In this document: positions 9,633 through 18,315 of the stretch, piece by piece | Layout: every line of letters begins with the position of its first letter | Numbering within the stretch: the first letter of the stretch is position 1 | Assembly (NCBI GenBank): GCA_905234355.1 | Contig: CAJOHP010000001.1 | Span: 1-52,458 of the forward strand | Source: an uncultured Prevotella sp. | GTDB lineage: Bacteria; Bacteroidota; Bacteroidia; Bacteroidales; Bacteroidaceae | Reading direction: 5' to 3' | DNA: 52,458 nt | Notes under the pieces: model-generated | Told to the model about the DNA's origin: nothing | Databases searched by the model: none | Seen by the model: the letters and a program-made list of their open reading frames with translations, nothing else | Program-made: the position numbers and the translations under genes

Positions 9633-10709
9633 ATGCACAATATTCAGAAGTCATGGCTCTTGGGCCTGTTTGCGCTCGCCACGCTGTGGGGCTGCAAGGA
9701 GCAGCCGCGACAGACAGGCGCCATGCTGGTTGACATCGTAGAGGTCACTGGCTCGACAGCCAGTCGCCACAGCCAGTATCCCGGCCTGACCGAGGCCAAG
9801 CAGAACGCCGACCTGTCGTTCAAGGTCATGGGCACCATAGAGAGGGTCTTAGTCCGTGAGGGCGACCACGTGAGCAAGGGCCAGGCGCTGGCCCGTATAG
9901 ACAGTCGTGACTACGCCACGCAGCTCGCCGCCACCGAGTCGGAGTACCGGCAGGTGAAGTCGGAGTGTGAGCGCATCATCGCCATGCATGCCGAACAGGC
10001 CGTGTCGGACAACGACTTCGACAAGGCCCGCTCGGGCCTCGAGCGCATCGGTGCGAAGCTCAAGAACCACCGCGACCAGCTCAACGACTGCCAGCTGTAT
10101 GCACCCTACGATGGATACGTCAGCCAGATATACCGCACGGCCGGCGAGTCTGCCGGGCCCGGTATAGCCGTGCTCGGACTGTTCACCTCGGGTGGTGTCG
10201 AGGTGGTCATCAACGTGCCTGAGTCGGAATACCGTCTGGCACGCCGTTCGGCCACCTGTAAGGCCACCTTTGCCGCTCTGCCCGGCCGCACCTTCCCGCT
10301 GACCATCAAGAGCATAGCCCAGCAGGCCAACGGCAACCACCTCTTCCAGATGCGGCTGAGCCTTGCGGCCGACGCCCGTGAGGTGACGCCCGGCATGAGC
10401 GTGATGGTCGACATAGAGCATGGTGCCGACGCTGCCGACGGGACCGCCAACCGCATCGTCGTGCCTGCCGGAGCCCTCTTTGACCAGGGAAGCCGCAACT
10501 ATGTTTTCGTCTACGACAAGAAGGCGGGCACCGTGCGGCGCACGGCCGTCACCGTGGAGTCGCTGCGCACCGACGGCACTGCCGTCATCACCAGCGGACT
10601 GAGCGGCGGACAGCAGGTGGTGGCGTCGGGCGTGCACAAACTCAGCGACGGGCAGCAGGTGCGACCGCTGGCCAAGGCATCGGCCGAGAATTACGGTAAT
10701 TTACTCTAA
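9633..10709 (+). CDS. RND periplasmic adaptor (membrane fusion protein)
   Basis: Lipobox LWG-C; LSFKVMGTIERVLVREGDHVSKGQ and LYAPYDGYV lipoyl halves; PGMS; GL..GQQVVASG. Confidence 0.92.
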   Translation: MHNIQKSWLLGLFALATLWGCKEQPRQTGAMLVDIVEVTGSTASRHSQYPGLTEAKQNADLSFKVMGTIERVLVREGDHVSKGQALARIDSRDYATQLAATESEYRQVKSECERIIAMHAEQAVSDNDFDKARSGLERIGAKLKNHRDQLNDCQLYAPYDGYVSQIYRTAGESAGPGIAVLGLFTSGGVEVVINVPESEYRLARRSATCKATFAALPGRTFPLTIKSIAQQANGNHLFQMRLSLAADAREVTPGMSVMVDIEHGADAADGTANRIVVPAGALFDQGSRNYVFVYDKKAGTVRRTAVTVESLRTDGTAVITSGLSGGQQVVASGVHKLSDGQQVRPLAKASAENYGNLL

Positions 10710-10723
10710 CAGCTTCTTGACCT

Positions 10724-13700
10724 ATGAAATTTGACCTTTCTTCATGGGGCTTGTCCAACCAGCGCCTGGTGCTGCTGCTCGTCTTCATCCTGACGCTGGG
10801 CGGCGCGGTGTCCTACTACAGCATGCCTAAACTGGAGGACCCCGAGATTGTGGTGCGCCAGGCCGTGGTGGTGGGCATCTATCCCGGTGCCTCTGCCCAT
10901 CAGGTGGAGCTGGAGCTGACCACCCCTCTGGAAAACAGCATACGCAAGAGTGGCCACATACTCTTCACGCAGAGCTACAGCTATGCCGACATGTGCTATA
11001 TCATGGTGACGCAGGACACCGACGTGCCTGCCGACCAGCTGAAGACCAACTGGATGCAGATGCGCAACCAGCTGGCCGCCGTGTCGCTGCCCTCGGGCGC
11101 TCAGCTCATGGTGCGCGACGACTTCGGCGAGGTGTCGGGACTGTTCTATGCACTGAAGGGCGACGGCGTCGAAGCCTCGCGTCTGCAGGCCTTTGCCGAG
11201 ATGGTACGCCGTGAGCTGCAGAAGGTGGATGGCGTGGCACATGTCGACATCTACGGCACGAGCGCGCAACGCGTCAACATCGCCCTGCGCCAGGACCTGC
11301 TGGCCAGCATGGACATCACCCCTGCCGAGGTGATGGCTACGCTCAGCGGGCAGGATGCCACCGTCTATGCGGGCTACTTCCTCAGCGGCGACTATCGCAT
11401 CCGCGTGGGCGTCGACGACCGCTACCGCTCGCTCGACGACATACGTGCGCTGGTGCTGCGCGGCCATCGCGGCGACGAGTTCCGCCTGGGCGACATTGCC
11501 GAGGTGACCATGGAGCCCGACCGCCCCGTGCGTGCCGAGATGCAGCGCGATGGCCAGCAGGCTCTCGGACTGCTCATCGCCGCGCAGTCGGGCACCGACA
11601 TCGTCAAGGTGGGTGCCAGGGTCGAGGAGAAAGTGGCCGAACTGCAGGCCTCGCGACTGCCCGCCAGCGTGCAGTGCGAGAAGGTGTTCTTCCAGAGCGA
11701 CCGCGTGCAGGACGCCATGCTCACTTTCTTCCTCAACCTCGTCGAGTCGGTCTTGCTCGTCATCCTGCTCCTTATGGTGGCCATGAACTTCCGTTCGGGC
11801 CTCATCCTGGGCCTCACCCTCGTCATCACCGTGCTGGGCACGGTGTTCATCCTCGACACGATGGACGGCACCCTGCAGCGCGTGTCGCTCGCCTCGTTTG
11901 TGCTGGCGATGGGCATGCTGGTCGACAATGCCATAGTCATCGTCGACGGCATACTGGTGGGCCGGCAGAAGGGCATGTCGCGCCACGAGGCCCTCACCGC
12001 CATAGGCCGTCAGACGGCCATGCCTCTGCTGGGCGCCACGCTCATTGCCATTCTGGCTTTCCTGCCCATCTTCCTCAGTCCCGACGTCACGGGGCTCTAT
12101 GTGCGCGACATGTTCATCGTGCTGGCCGTATCGCTGATGCTCTCGTGGGTGCTGGCCCTCGTGCTGGTGCCCATGATGGGTGCCCGCTGGCTCTATCCGC
12201 AACAGGCCGAGGCCGACGTGGCGACAGCCGCTGCCGGTAGCGCCGCCGCGCCCCGGCTCTACGACAGCCGTCCGCACCGCTGGCTCTCTGCCACGCTGCG
12301 CCGTGCCCTGCATCATCCCTGGGCCACCGTGGGCATCATGGTGCTGCTGCTGGCTTTCACCGGCCTGTGCTTCCCCCTGATGCCTCGCGAGCTGTTTCCC
12401 GACATGGAGTACGACCAGCTCTACATGGAATACAATCTGCCGTCGAACAGCAACACTACCCGTGTGAAGGCCGACCTGGACAGCATACGCCGTGAGCTGA
12501 TGTCCATGCCCGACGTCACCCACGTGACCACCTCTATAGGCAACACTCCCGGGCGCTACAACCTGGTGCGCTCGGTGCCCCTGCCGCAGCTGTCGTATGG
12601 CGAGCTCATCATCGACTTCAAGTCGGCCAGTGCCCTCGACCGCCACGTCGACTCGCTGCAGCACTATTTCGCGGCCAAATATCCCGACGCCGACCTGATG
12701 TTCAAGCGCTACAACCTGATGTTCATGCGCTATCCCATCGAGCTGTCGTTCTGCGGCCCCGACCCTGCTGTGCTGCACCAGCTGGCCGACTCGGCCATGC
12801 AGGTGGCTCGCGAGCAGGGCGTGATAGACCCCATCACTACCGACTGGCCGGCGCGCGTGCCCATGCTCGTGGCCGACTACGACCAGCCGCGTGCGCGCCG
12901 TCAGGGTGTGTCGCGCACCGAGGTGGCCCTGTCGCTGCTTTCTTCGACCGATGGCATGCCTGTGGGCAGCTACTACAACGGCGGCGTCTGCCACAATATC
13001 TATGTGAGCACCACCGACCAGCAGGGCGCCCCGCTGTCAGACCTGGGCAACGCCACCGTGTCGACCCTCCTGCCGCACCTGCAGATGGGGCAGGGACAGG
13101 TCAGCCTGGCCAGTCTGCTGGCATCGGCACCCCAGCTGCGTCTCTCTCATGCTGCACAGCTGCGCGACGTGGGCGATGCCGTCAGCGTGCAGTGGGAAGA
13201 CCCTGTCATACCCCACTATAACGGTGAGCGCATACACAGCGTGCTGGGCTTCCCTGCCAAGGGCTGGCTCATCGAAGAGGCACGTGCACGCCTGGCCGAC
13301 GTCGTGGACCGTTGGCAGCTGCCCGAGGGCTACTCCATACGCTGGGGCGGAGAGAAGTATGCGTCGGACCTCTCGATAGAGAATCTCTTTGCCTACTATC
13401 CGCTGGCGGTGCTGCTCATGCTGGCCATCCTCGTGGCCATCACGCGTCGCTTCCGCACCTCGCTGCTGCTCTTTGTCTGCATACCCTTCATCTTCGTGGG
13501 CATCATACCGGCCATACTGGTCACGGGCAGCACGTTCAACTTCGTGGCCATCGTGGGCTCGCTGGGCCTGGTGGGCATGATGCTCAAGAACGGCATTGTG
13601 CTAGTCGACGAGATCAGACTGCAAATGGTCTCGGGCAAGGAGCTTCAGGCAGCCGTCATGGATGCCTCGAAGTCGCGTCTGCGCCCCGTCGCCCTGGCTT

Positions 13701-13870
13701 CGCTCACCACTGTGCTGGGCATGGTGCCCCTGCTCTTCGACGACATGTTCTCTGCCATGGCGGCCACCATCATGGGCGGGCTGCTGGCAGGCACGGTCAT
13801 CGTCCTGGTGTTCATACCGGTGCTCTACTCTCTCTCCTTCAGGAAAAAAGGCCGGCCGTATGGCGCCTAA
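10724..13870 (+). CDS. RND efflux inner-membrane transporter (AcrB/AcrD/AcrF family)
   Basis: 1048 aa; MPKLEDP, YPGASA..VE, GMLVDNAIVIVD, KNGIVLVD, SRLRPV. Confidence 0.95.
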   Translation: MKFDLSSWGLSNQRLVLLLVFILTLGGAVSYYSMPKLEDPEIVVRQAVVVGIYPGASAHQVELELTTPLENSIRKSGHILFTQSYSYADMCYIMVTQDTDVPADQLKTNWMQMRNQLAAVSLPSGAQLMVRDDFGEVSGLFYALKGDGVEASRLQAFAEMVRRELQKVDGVAHVDIYGTSAQRVNIALRQDLLASMDITPAEVMATLSGQDATVYAGYFLSGDYRIRVGVDDRYRSLDDIRALVLRGHRGDEFRLGDIAEVTMEPDRPVRAEMQRDGQQALGLLIAAQSGTDIVKVGARVEEKVAELQASRLPASVQCEKVFFQSDRVQDAMLTFFLNLVESVLLVILLLMVAMNFRSGLILGLTLVITVLGTVFILDTMDGTLQRVSLASFVLAMGMLVDNAIVIVDGILVGRQKGMSRHEALTAIGRQTAMPLLGATLIAILAFLPIFLSPDVTGLYVRDMFIVLAVSLMLSWVLALVLVPMMGARWLYPQQAEADVATAAAGSAAAPRLYDSRPHRWLSATLRRALHHPWATVGIMVLLLAFTGLCFPLMPRELFPDMEYDQLYMEYNLPSNSNTTRVKADLDSIRRELMSMPDVTHVTTSIGNTPGRYNLVRSVPLPQLSYGELIIDFKSASALDRHVDSLQHYFAAKYPDADLMFKRYNLMFMRYPIELSFCGPDPAVLHQLADSAMQVAREQGVIDPITTDWPARVPMLVADYDQPRARRQGVSRTEVALSLLSSTDGMPVGSYYNGGVCHNIYVSTTDQQGAPLSDLGNATVSTLLPHLQMGQGQVSLASLLASAPQLRLSHAAQLRDVGDAVSVQWEDPVIPHYNGERIHSVLGFPAKGWLIEEARARLADVVDRWQLPEGYSIRWGGEKYASDLSIENLFAYYPLAVLLMLAILVAITRRFRTSLLLFVCIPFIFVGIIPAILVTGSTFNFVAIVGSLGLVGMMLKNGIVLVDEIRLQMVSGKELQAAVMDASKSRLRPVALASLTTVLGMVPLLFDDMFSAMAATIMGGLLAGTVIVLVFIPVLYSLSFRKKGRPYGA

Positions 13871-13920
13871 GCATAGCAAGTAATCATTTATATCATTATC
13901 ATTATATCAATTTAAACAAC

Positions 13921-15432
13921 ATGAAATTAGCCAAAATCACCTATTTTCTGCTGGCTGGCGCCTTGCTGGCATGTTCTTGTAAAAGTGACCACAGCAGCGA
14001 CTATCTGCCTGTCGTCAGTCCCGATGCCGATTCTGTAGGCAGTCCTACGGGCCAACTGGTGAGCGTGGTGAGGAGCGAGAACTACACTCCCGACCAGCTT
14101 GTCAACTCGATGATGCCCGCAGCCCAGTTTGAAGAGGTCATCAAGAATATGTCGATCATCCGCCCCTTCATCGAGGCTACCATGCGTGTGAAGGTGCTGC
14201 CGCGTCTGGCTGAGCTCGACATGCAGTTCTGTAAGGAGCTGGGCACCAAACAGACGCTTGCCAGACAGTGGCAGGTGGAGAGCCATGTGTTCACCTACAA
14301 CAGCGTAGCCAGCGACGGTTCCGATATCGTGCTCTCCGGTCGCGTCACCTTCCCCAACAACAAGGTGCAGGACTTAGACCACGAAGTGCAGACGCTGACG
14401 CTGTACACACACCCTGCCGTGCCCTCCAAGCTTTGGCAGACCTACTACAGCTTGGGTGTGATGTCTCTGCGCTCGCTGCAGAACTCAGCCGTCATAGAAC
14501 CCGACCTGCAGGGCTTTGGCGTGACCGAGGGGCAGATCATGTTTCCGCGCTACCTGTCGAGCGTGCTTGCTCGCCAGGCAGCCGACTGTGCCACGGCGGC
14601 TCTGCAGGTGATGGCCCGCAGCGGCGTGCGGCTGGCCAAGGACGGCTATACCACCAACTGGGGCGGCTCGCAGACGGCACACGTCACCGCGCGCTTCCAC
14701 GAGCTATACGAGACGAAGTCGACTCAGCAGTTCCGCAATGCCATCAGGCTGCACTCCACTTATGTGGCTTCCAACGTCGGGTGGGACGGCATCGGCCTGC
14801 CGCGCACCATGGTGAGCGGCGATAGAAGTAACGCCATCGACGCCTTCTGCGACTGCATCAGAAACATGTCGGCCATGCATCCTTCCGATCTGCAGGGCTA
14901 TCAGCTCAGCGACTTTCTCTCCGACGCAGCCCTGAACCAGGTGACCGACATCTACGGCGAGCAGACCACCTTCTACAAATGGATGACGGACAAGGCCCCC
15001 TTCCGCATGATAGCAGCCCTGCGTCCAAACTTCTCGGAAGAGTGGACGCTGGAGAAGCTCGTGGCTCCCGACATGCTGTCCGGCGACGGGACTCTCAATC
15101 CTGCCAGCCCGAAGATGCAGGCACTCACCGCGGCGATGACGAAGGGCAGCAAGCATAGCTTCTACAAGATAGGACTGCCCATCTACCTCTGCCAGAATCC
15201 CAAGGACGAGATGTATAGCTACGAGGAGTGCCTGGAATTCTACAACGAATACAGCATGTATGGCACCAATCCCAACGTGCATCTGTGCAACATCCCAGTG
15301 CCCCGCGCATTGGCTGGTGCCATCGAGCTTATCGACGTTCCCGGCTACCATTTAGGTTCTTATCTGGTGGCCATGCTTGAGATGGTCAGCGAAAAGACCC
15401 CTGCCGAGGTGAATAGCCAGCTCAACAAGTAA
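13921..15432 (+). CDS. Lipoprotein alpha/beta-hydrolase (secretory lipase-like), paralog 3
   Basis: True start ATG 13921 (MKLAKITY..., lipobox LLA-C/ACS-C); LSGRVTFP; PDLQGFG; WGGSQTA; QNPKD; GYHL. Confidence 0.72.
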   Translation: MKLAKITYFLLAGALLACSCKSDHSSDYLPVVSPDADSVGSPTGQLVSVVRSENYTPDQLVNSMMPAAQFEEVIKNMSIIRPFIEATMRVKVLPRLAELDMQFCKELGTKQTLARQWQVESHVFTYNSVASDGSDIVLSGRVTFPNNKVQDLDHEVQTLTLYTHPAVPSKLWQTYYSLGVMSLRSLQNSAVIEPDLQGFGVTEGQIMFPRYLSSVLARQAADCATAALQVMARSGVRLAKDGYTTNWGGSQTAHVTARFHELYETKSTQQFRNAIRLHSTYVASNVGWDGIGLPRTMVSGDRSNAIDAFCDCIRNMSAMHPSDLQGYQLSDFLSDAALNQVTDIYGEQTTFYKWMTDKAPFRMIAALRPNFSEEWTLEKLVAPDMLSGDGTLNPASPKMQALTAAMTKGSKHSFYKIGLPIYLCQNPKDEMYSYEECLEFYNEYSMYGTNPNVHLCNIPVPRALAGAIELIDVPGYHLGSYLVAMLEMVSEKTPAEVNSQLNK

Positions 15433-15504
15433 TCACGCAGCTGAAGTTTTCGGACGAAAGCTGCTCAGCTGTTCTGGCAATTGTATTGTGCAGAGCGGTA
15501 GACG

Positions 15505-15538
15505 AACGGCGGACAGGCTTCGATGCCTGTCCGCCGTT
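15505..15538. terminator. 14-bp perfect hairpin between convergent genes (terminator or REP-like)
   Basis: AACGGCGGACAGGC-ttcgat-GCCTGTCCGCCGTT. Confidence 0.6.
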
Positions 15539-15583
15539 AGTTGTTCTATGTGCCTGTGCTATTGTCTTTCCATGTGTGCGACG

Positions 15584-16331
15584 TCACGCTTTGTCGCCCC
15601 TGACGGCCTGTCGCATCTCCTTGAGCAGGTCGGAGGCGAAGATGAAGTCGGTGAGGCGCTTGTTGGTGGAGTCCATGATTTGCGATGAGACGCCCTGCCA
15701 CTCCTTGTGTCCCTCGTAGATGAAGATGATGTTCTCGCCGATGCCCATGACCGAGTTCATGTCGTGGGTGTTGATGATGGTGGTCATCTGAAACTCGCGT
15801 GTGATGCTGTGCAGCAGGTCGTCGATGACGAGCGAGGTCTTGGGGTCAAGTCCTGAGTTGGGCTCGTCGCAGAAGAGGTATTTGGGGTTGAGTGCAATGG
15901 CTCTGGCTATGGCTACGCGCTTCTGCATGCCTCCGCTTATCTCGCCGGGGAATTTCTGCTCGGCGCCCACGAGGTTGACGCGGTCGAGGCAGTCCATGGC
16001 TCGCTTCTGCCGCTCGCGCAGGTTCATCGTCGAGAACATGTCGAGCGGAAACATCACGTTCTCCAGCACGGTGAGCGAGTCGAAGAGTGCCCATCTCGCG
16101 CCGCATGTGCACCTTCTCGCGCTTGGACAGCCCGACGAAGTCGCGCCCGTCGTAGAGTATCTGTCCGCTGGTGGGGGTGAGCAGTCCCACGAGGTTTTTC
16201 ATCAGCACGGTCTTTCCCGAGCCCGACTGTCCGATGATGAGGTTGGTCTTGCCATCCTCAAACACGGTCGAGATGTCCTTGAGCACCTCTTTGTCTTCAA
16301 AGCTCTTGTATAGGTTCTTTACTTCGATCAT
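15584..16331 (-). pseudogene. MlaF-like ABC ATPase, frameshifted near 16091
   Basis: The N-half (MIEVKNLYKSF...GQSGSGKT...RREMG) and C-half (ALFDSLTVLENV...ISGGMQKRV...FCDEP...TH) are in different frames, and the Q-loop segment is missing. The start overlaps the upstream permease stop (ATGA). Confidence 0.75.
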
Positions 16332-17074
16332 GATAACAGTTGCGTAAGGAAAACGTCGGAGAAGAGTATGAGCACACTGCTTGTGACGACGGCGTCGGTC
16401 GATGCCTTGCCCACGTTGACCGAGCCTCCCTCGACGGTGTATCCGCAGAAGGCGGGCACGCTGGAGATGATGAATGCGAAGAACTGGCTCTTGATGATCG
16501 ACATCCACATGAACCATGGCACGAAGTCGTGCTGCAGTCCTGCTGTGAGGTCGTCGGGGGGCATGATGTGTCCGATGTAGGCTGTGGCGTAGGCGCCGAT
16601 GATGCCCATCACCGAAGAGAAGATGACGAGGAAAGGCATGATGGTGAGCAGCCCCAGTATCTTGGGCAGGATGAGGTAGCAGGCCGAGTTGACGCCCATG
16701 ATGTCGAGTGCGTCTATCTGCTGTGTGACGCGCATGGTGCCTAGCTCCGAGGCGATGTTGCTGCCCACCTTGCCTGCCAGTATCAGGCACATGATGCTCG
16801 AGGAGAACTCCAGCAGCATAATCTCGCGCGTGGTGTAGCCAGCCACCCAGCGGGGCATCCACGGGCTCTCGATGTTCATCTTCATCTGGATGCATATCAC
16901 GGCGCCGATGAAAAACGAGATGAGCAGCACGATGCCTATGGAGTTGATGCCCAGCTGAGCCATCTCCTTCACATACTGCTTCCAGAACATGCGCAGGCGC
17001 TCGGGCACGGAGAAGGTGCGCCCCATCAGGATGAGATAACGGCCGAACACGGTCAGCCAGCGGTATATTATCAT
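16328..17074 (-). CDS. mlaE: MlaE-family ABC transporter permease
   Basis: AGKVGSNIASELGTMRVTQQIDAL, YLILPK and GGSVNVGKAST motifs. ATG 17074 lies downstream of a TAACTTTG box at 17099-17106. Confidence 0.88.
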   Translation of the reverse strand: MIIYRWLTVFGRYLILMGRTFSVPERLRMFWKQYVKEMAQLGINSIGIVLLISFFIGAVICIQMKMNIESPWMPRWVAGYTTREIMLLEFSSSIMCLILAGKVGSNIASELGTMRVTQQIDALDIMGVNSACYLILPKILGLLTIMPFLVIFSSVMGIIGAYATAYIGHIMPPDDLTAGLQHDFVPWFMWMSIIKSQFFAFIISSVPAFCGYTVEGGSVNVGKASTDAVVTSSVLILFSDVFLTQLLS

Positions 17075-17098
17075 GTCGAATAATTCGTAAATCGGCTG

Positions 17099-17157
17099 CA
17101 AAGTTACGAATAATTCTTAATTATTGCCCTATTATTCATAATTATTTTCTACCTTTG
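17099..17157. promoter_or_regulatory. Divergent -7 boxes for mlaE (-) and lptB (+)
   Basis: TAACTTTG on the minus strand (17099-17106) and TACCTTTG on the plus strand (17150-17157). Confidence 0.65.
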
Positions 17158-17179
17158 CACGGAAAAAACGTGCGATGAT

Positions 17180-17974
17180 ATGTCAGAAGAATCGATAGTA
17201 CTGCGAACAGAGGGCCTGGTGAAGCGCTACGGCAAGCGCACGGTGGTCAACGACGTGAGCTTCCATGTGCGTCAGGGCGAGATAGTGGGCCTGCTGGGCC
17301 CCAACGGTGCAGGCAAGACCACCTCTTTCTATATGACCACGGGTCTGGTGCTGCCCAACGGCGGCCACATCTTCCTGGGCGACGAGGAGGTGACGAAGTA
17401 TCCCGTCTACCGTCGTGCTCGTGCCGGCATAGGCTATCTGGCGCAGGAGCCCTCGGTGTTCCGCAAGATGTCGGTCGAGGACAATATCCTCTCTGTGCTC
17501 GAGATGACGGGCAAGCCCCGCGACTATCAGCTGCAGAAGCTCGAGAGTCTCATCAAGGAGTTTCGCCTGCAGAAGGTGCGGCGCAACAAGGGCGACCAGC
17601 TCAGCGGCGGCGAGCGCCGTCGCTGTGAGATAGCGCGCTGCCTGGCCATCGAGCCGAAGTTCATCATGCTCGACGAGCCCTTCGCCGGCGTCGACCCCAT
17701 CGCCGTGGAGGACATACAGTTCATCGTATGGAAACTGAAGGACCGCAACATCGGCATCCTCATCACCGACCACAACGTCGAGGACACGCTCTGCATCACC
17801 GACCGTGCCTACCTGCTCTTCGAGGGCCGCATACTCTTCCATGGCACGCCCGAGGAGCTGGCGGCCAACAGTGTGGTGCGCAAGAACTACCTCACCGAGT
17901 CGTTTGTGCTCCGTCAGAAGGACTTCCAGCTGCTCGAGGAGGAGCGCCGCCGCCAGGAGGAAGATGACGAGTGA
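17180..17974 (+). CDS. lptB: LPS export ABC ATPase LptB
   Basis: GLLGPNGAGKTTSFY, GYLAQEPSVFR, LSGGERRR.EIAR, LDEPFAGVDP, ITDHNV. Confidence 0.95.
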   Translation: MSEESIVLRTEGLVKRYGKRTVVNDVSFHVRQGEIVGLLGPNGAGKTTSFYMTTGLVLPNGGHIFLGDEEVTKYPVYRRARAGIGYLAQEPSVFRKMSVEDNILSVLEMTGKPRDYQLQKLESLIKEFRLQKVRRNKGDQLSGGERRRCEIARCLAIEPKFIMLDEPFAGVDPIAVEDIQFIVWKLKDRNIGILITDHNVEDTLCITDRAYLLFEGRILFHGTPEELAANSVVRKNYLTESFVLRQKDFQLLEEERRRQEEDDE

Positions 17975-17975
17975 G

Positions 17976-18008
17976 GCACACTGCCGCACTGCCGCACTGC
18001 CGCATTGC
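17976..18008 (+). repeat. Short tandem repeat (GCACTGCC-type, 8-bp unit, ~4 copies)
   Basis: gcacactgccgcactgccgcactgccgcattgc directly after the lptB stop. Confidence 0.6.
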
Positions 18009-18043
18009 AGTAGCCCTTGTCATGGCGGGCAGGCCATGGCGCC

Positions 18044-18180
18044 CGTTTACCCCCTAAACGACCCCCGTCTACCCCCTAAACGGACACCGTCTACCCCCTA
18101 GCCGACACCCCGCTACCCCCTAGACGCGTCTCGTTTAGGGGGTAAACCGTGACCCATGGAGCCCTCACCCCAGGTCTCGC
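18044..18180. repeat. Five-unit, 22-bp-period palindromic array (C5/G5 type), copy B, plus conserved tail
   Basis: TACCCCCTA at 18048, 18070, 18092 and 18114, TAGGGGGTA at 18136. The tail is homologous to copy A. Confidence 0.9.
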
Positions 18181-18315
18181 CCGGTCATATTTGCATTTAT
18201 CCACATCGTTGGGGAAGCGAAGGTCAGTTCAATGGCTTTTTCTTAGATAAGGTTTTAAAACCTGATTCAAACGATACCGTATACACAGCATATAACAACT
18301 CACTAAAAATAATCC

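Noticed and set aside
10742-12994. Long antisense and alternate-frame ORFs (e.g. 10742-12994, 5048-6625, 19610-21364, 24652-26376, 45068-46624, 50460-52316)
   Set aside because: Shadow ORFs expected from strong GC3 bias over clear genes; no recognisable motifs.
13312-13920. 706-aa version of hydrolase 3 overlapping the RND gene
   Set aside because: The extension is an off-frame read of the RND 3' end; the signal peptide starts at ATG 13921 after an AT-rich initiation region.
1709-15432. Island as a prophage, ICE or polysaccharide utilisation locus
   Set aside because: No mobility, phage, SusC/SusD or CAZyme genes; codon usage resembles the host.
16060-16110. Programmed ribosomal frameshift in the mlaF-like gene
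   Set aside because: No slippery sequence, and conserved residues including the Q-loop are physically missing, so frameshifting could not restore them.
18197-18205. Perfect DnaA box TTATCCACA near array B, suggesting an iteron-type origin
   Set aside because: Single box; the homologous position after array A is TCATCCACA (mismatch); no rep or dnaA gene or box cluster nearby.
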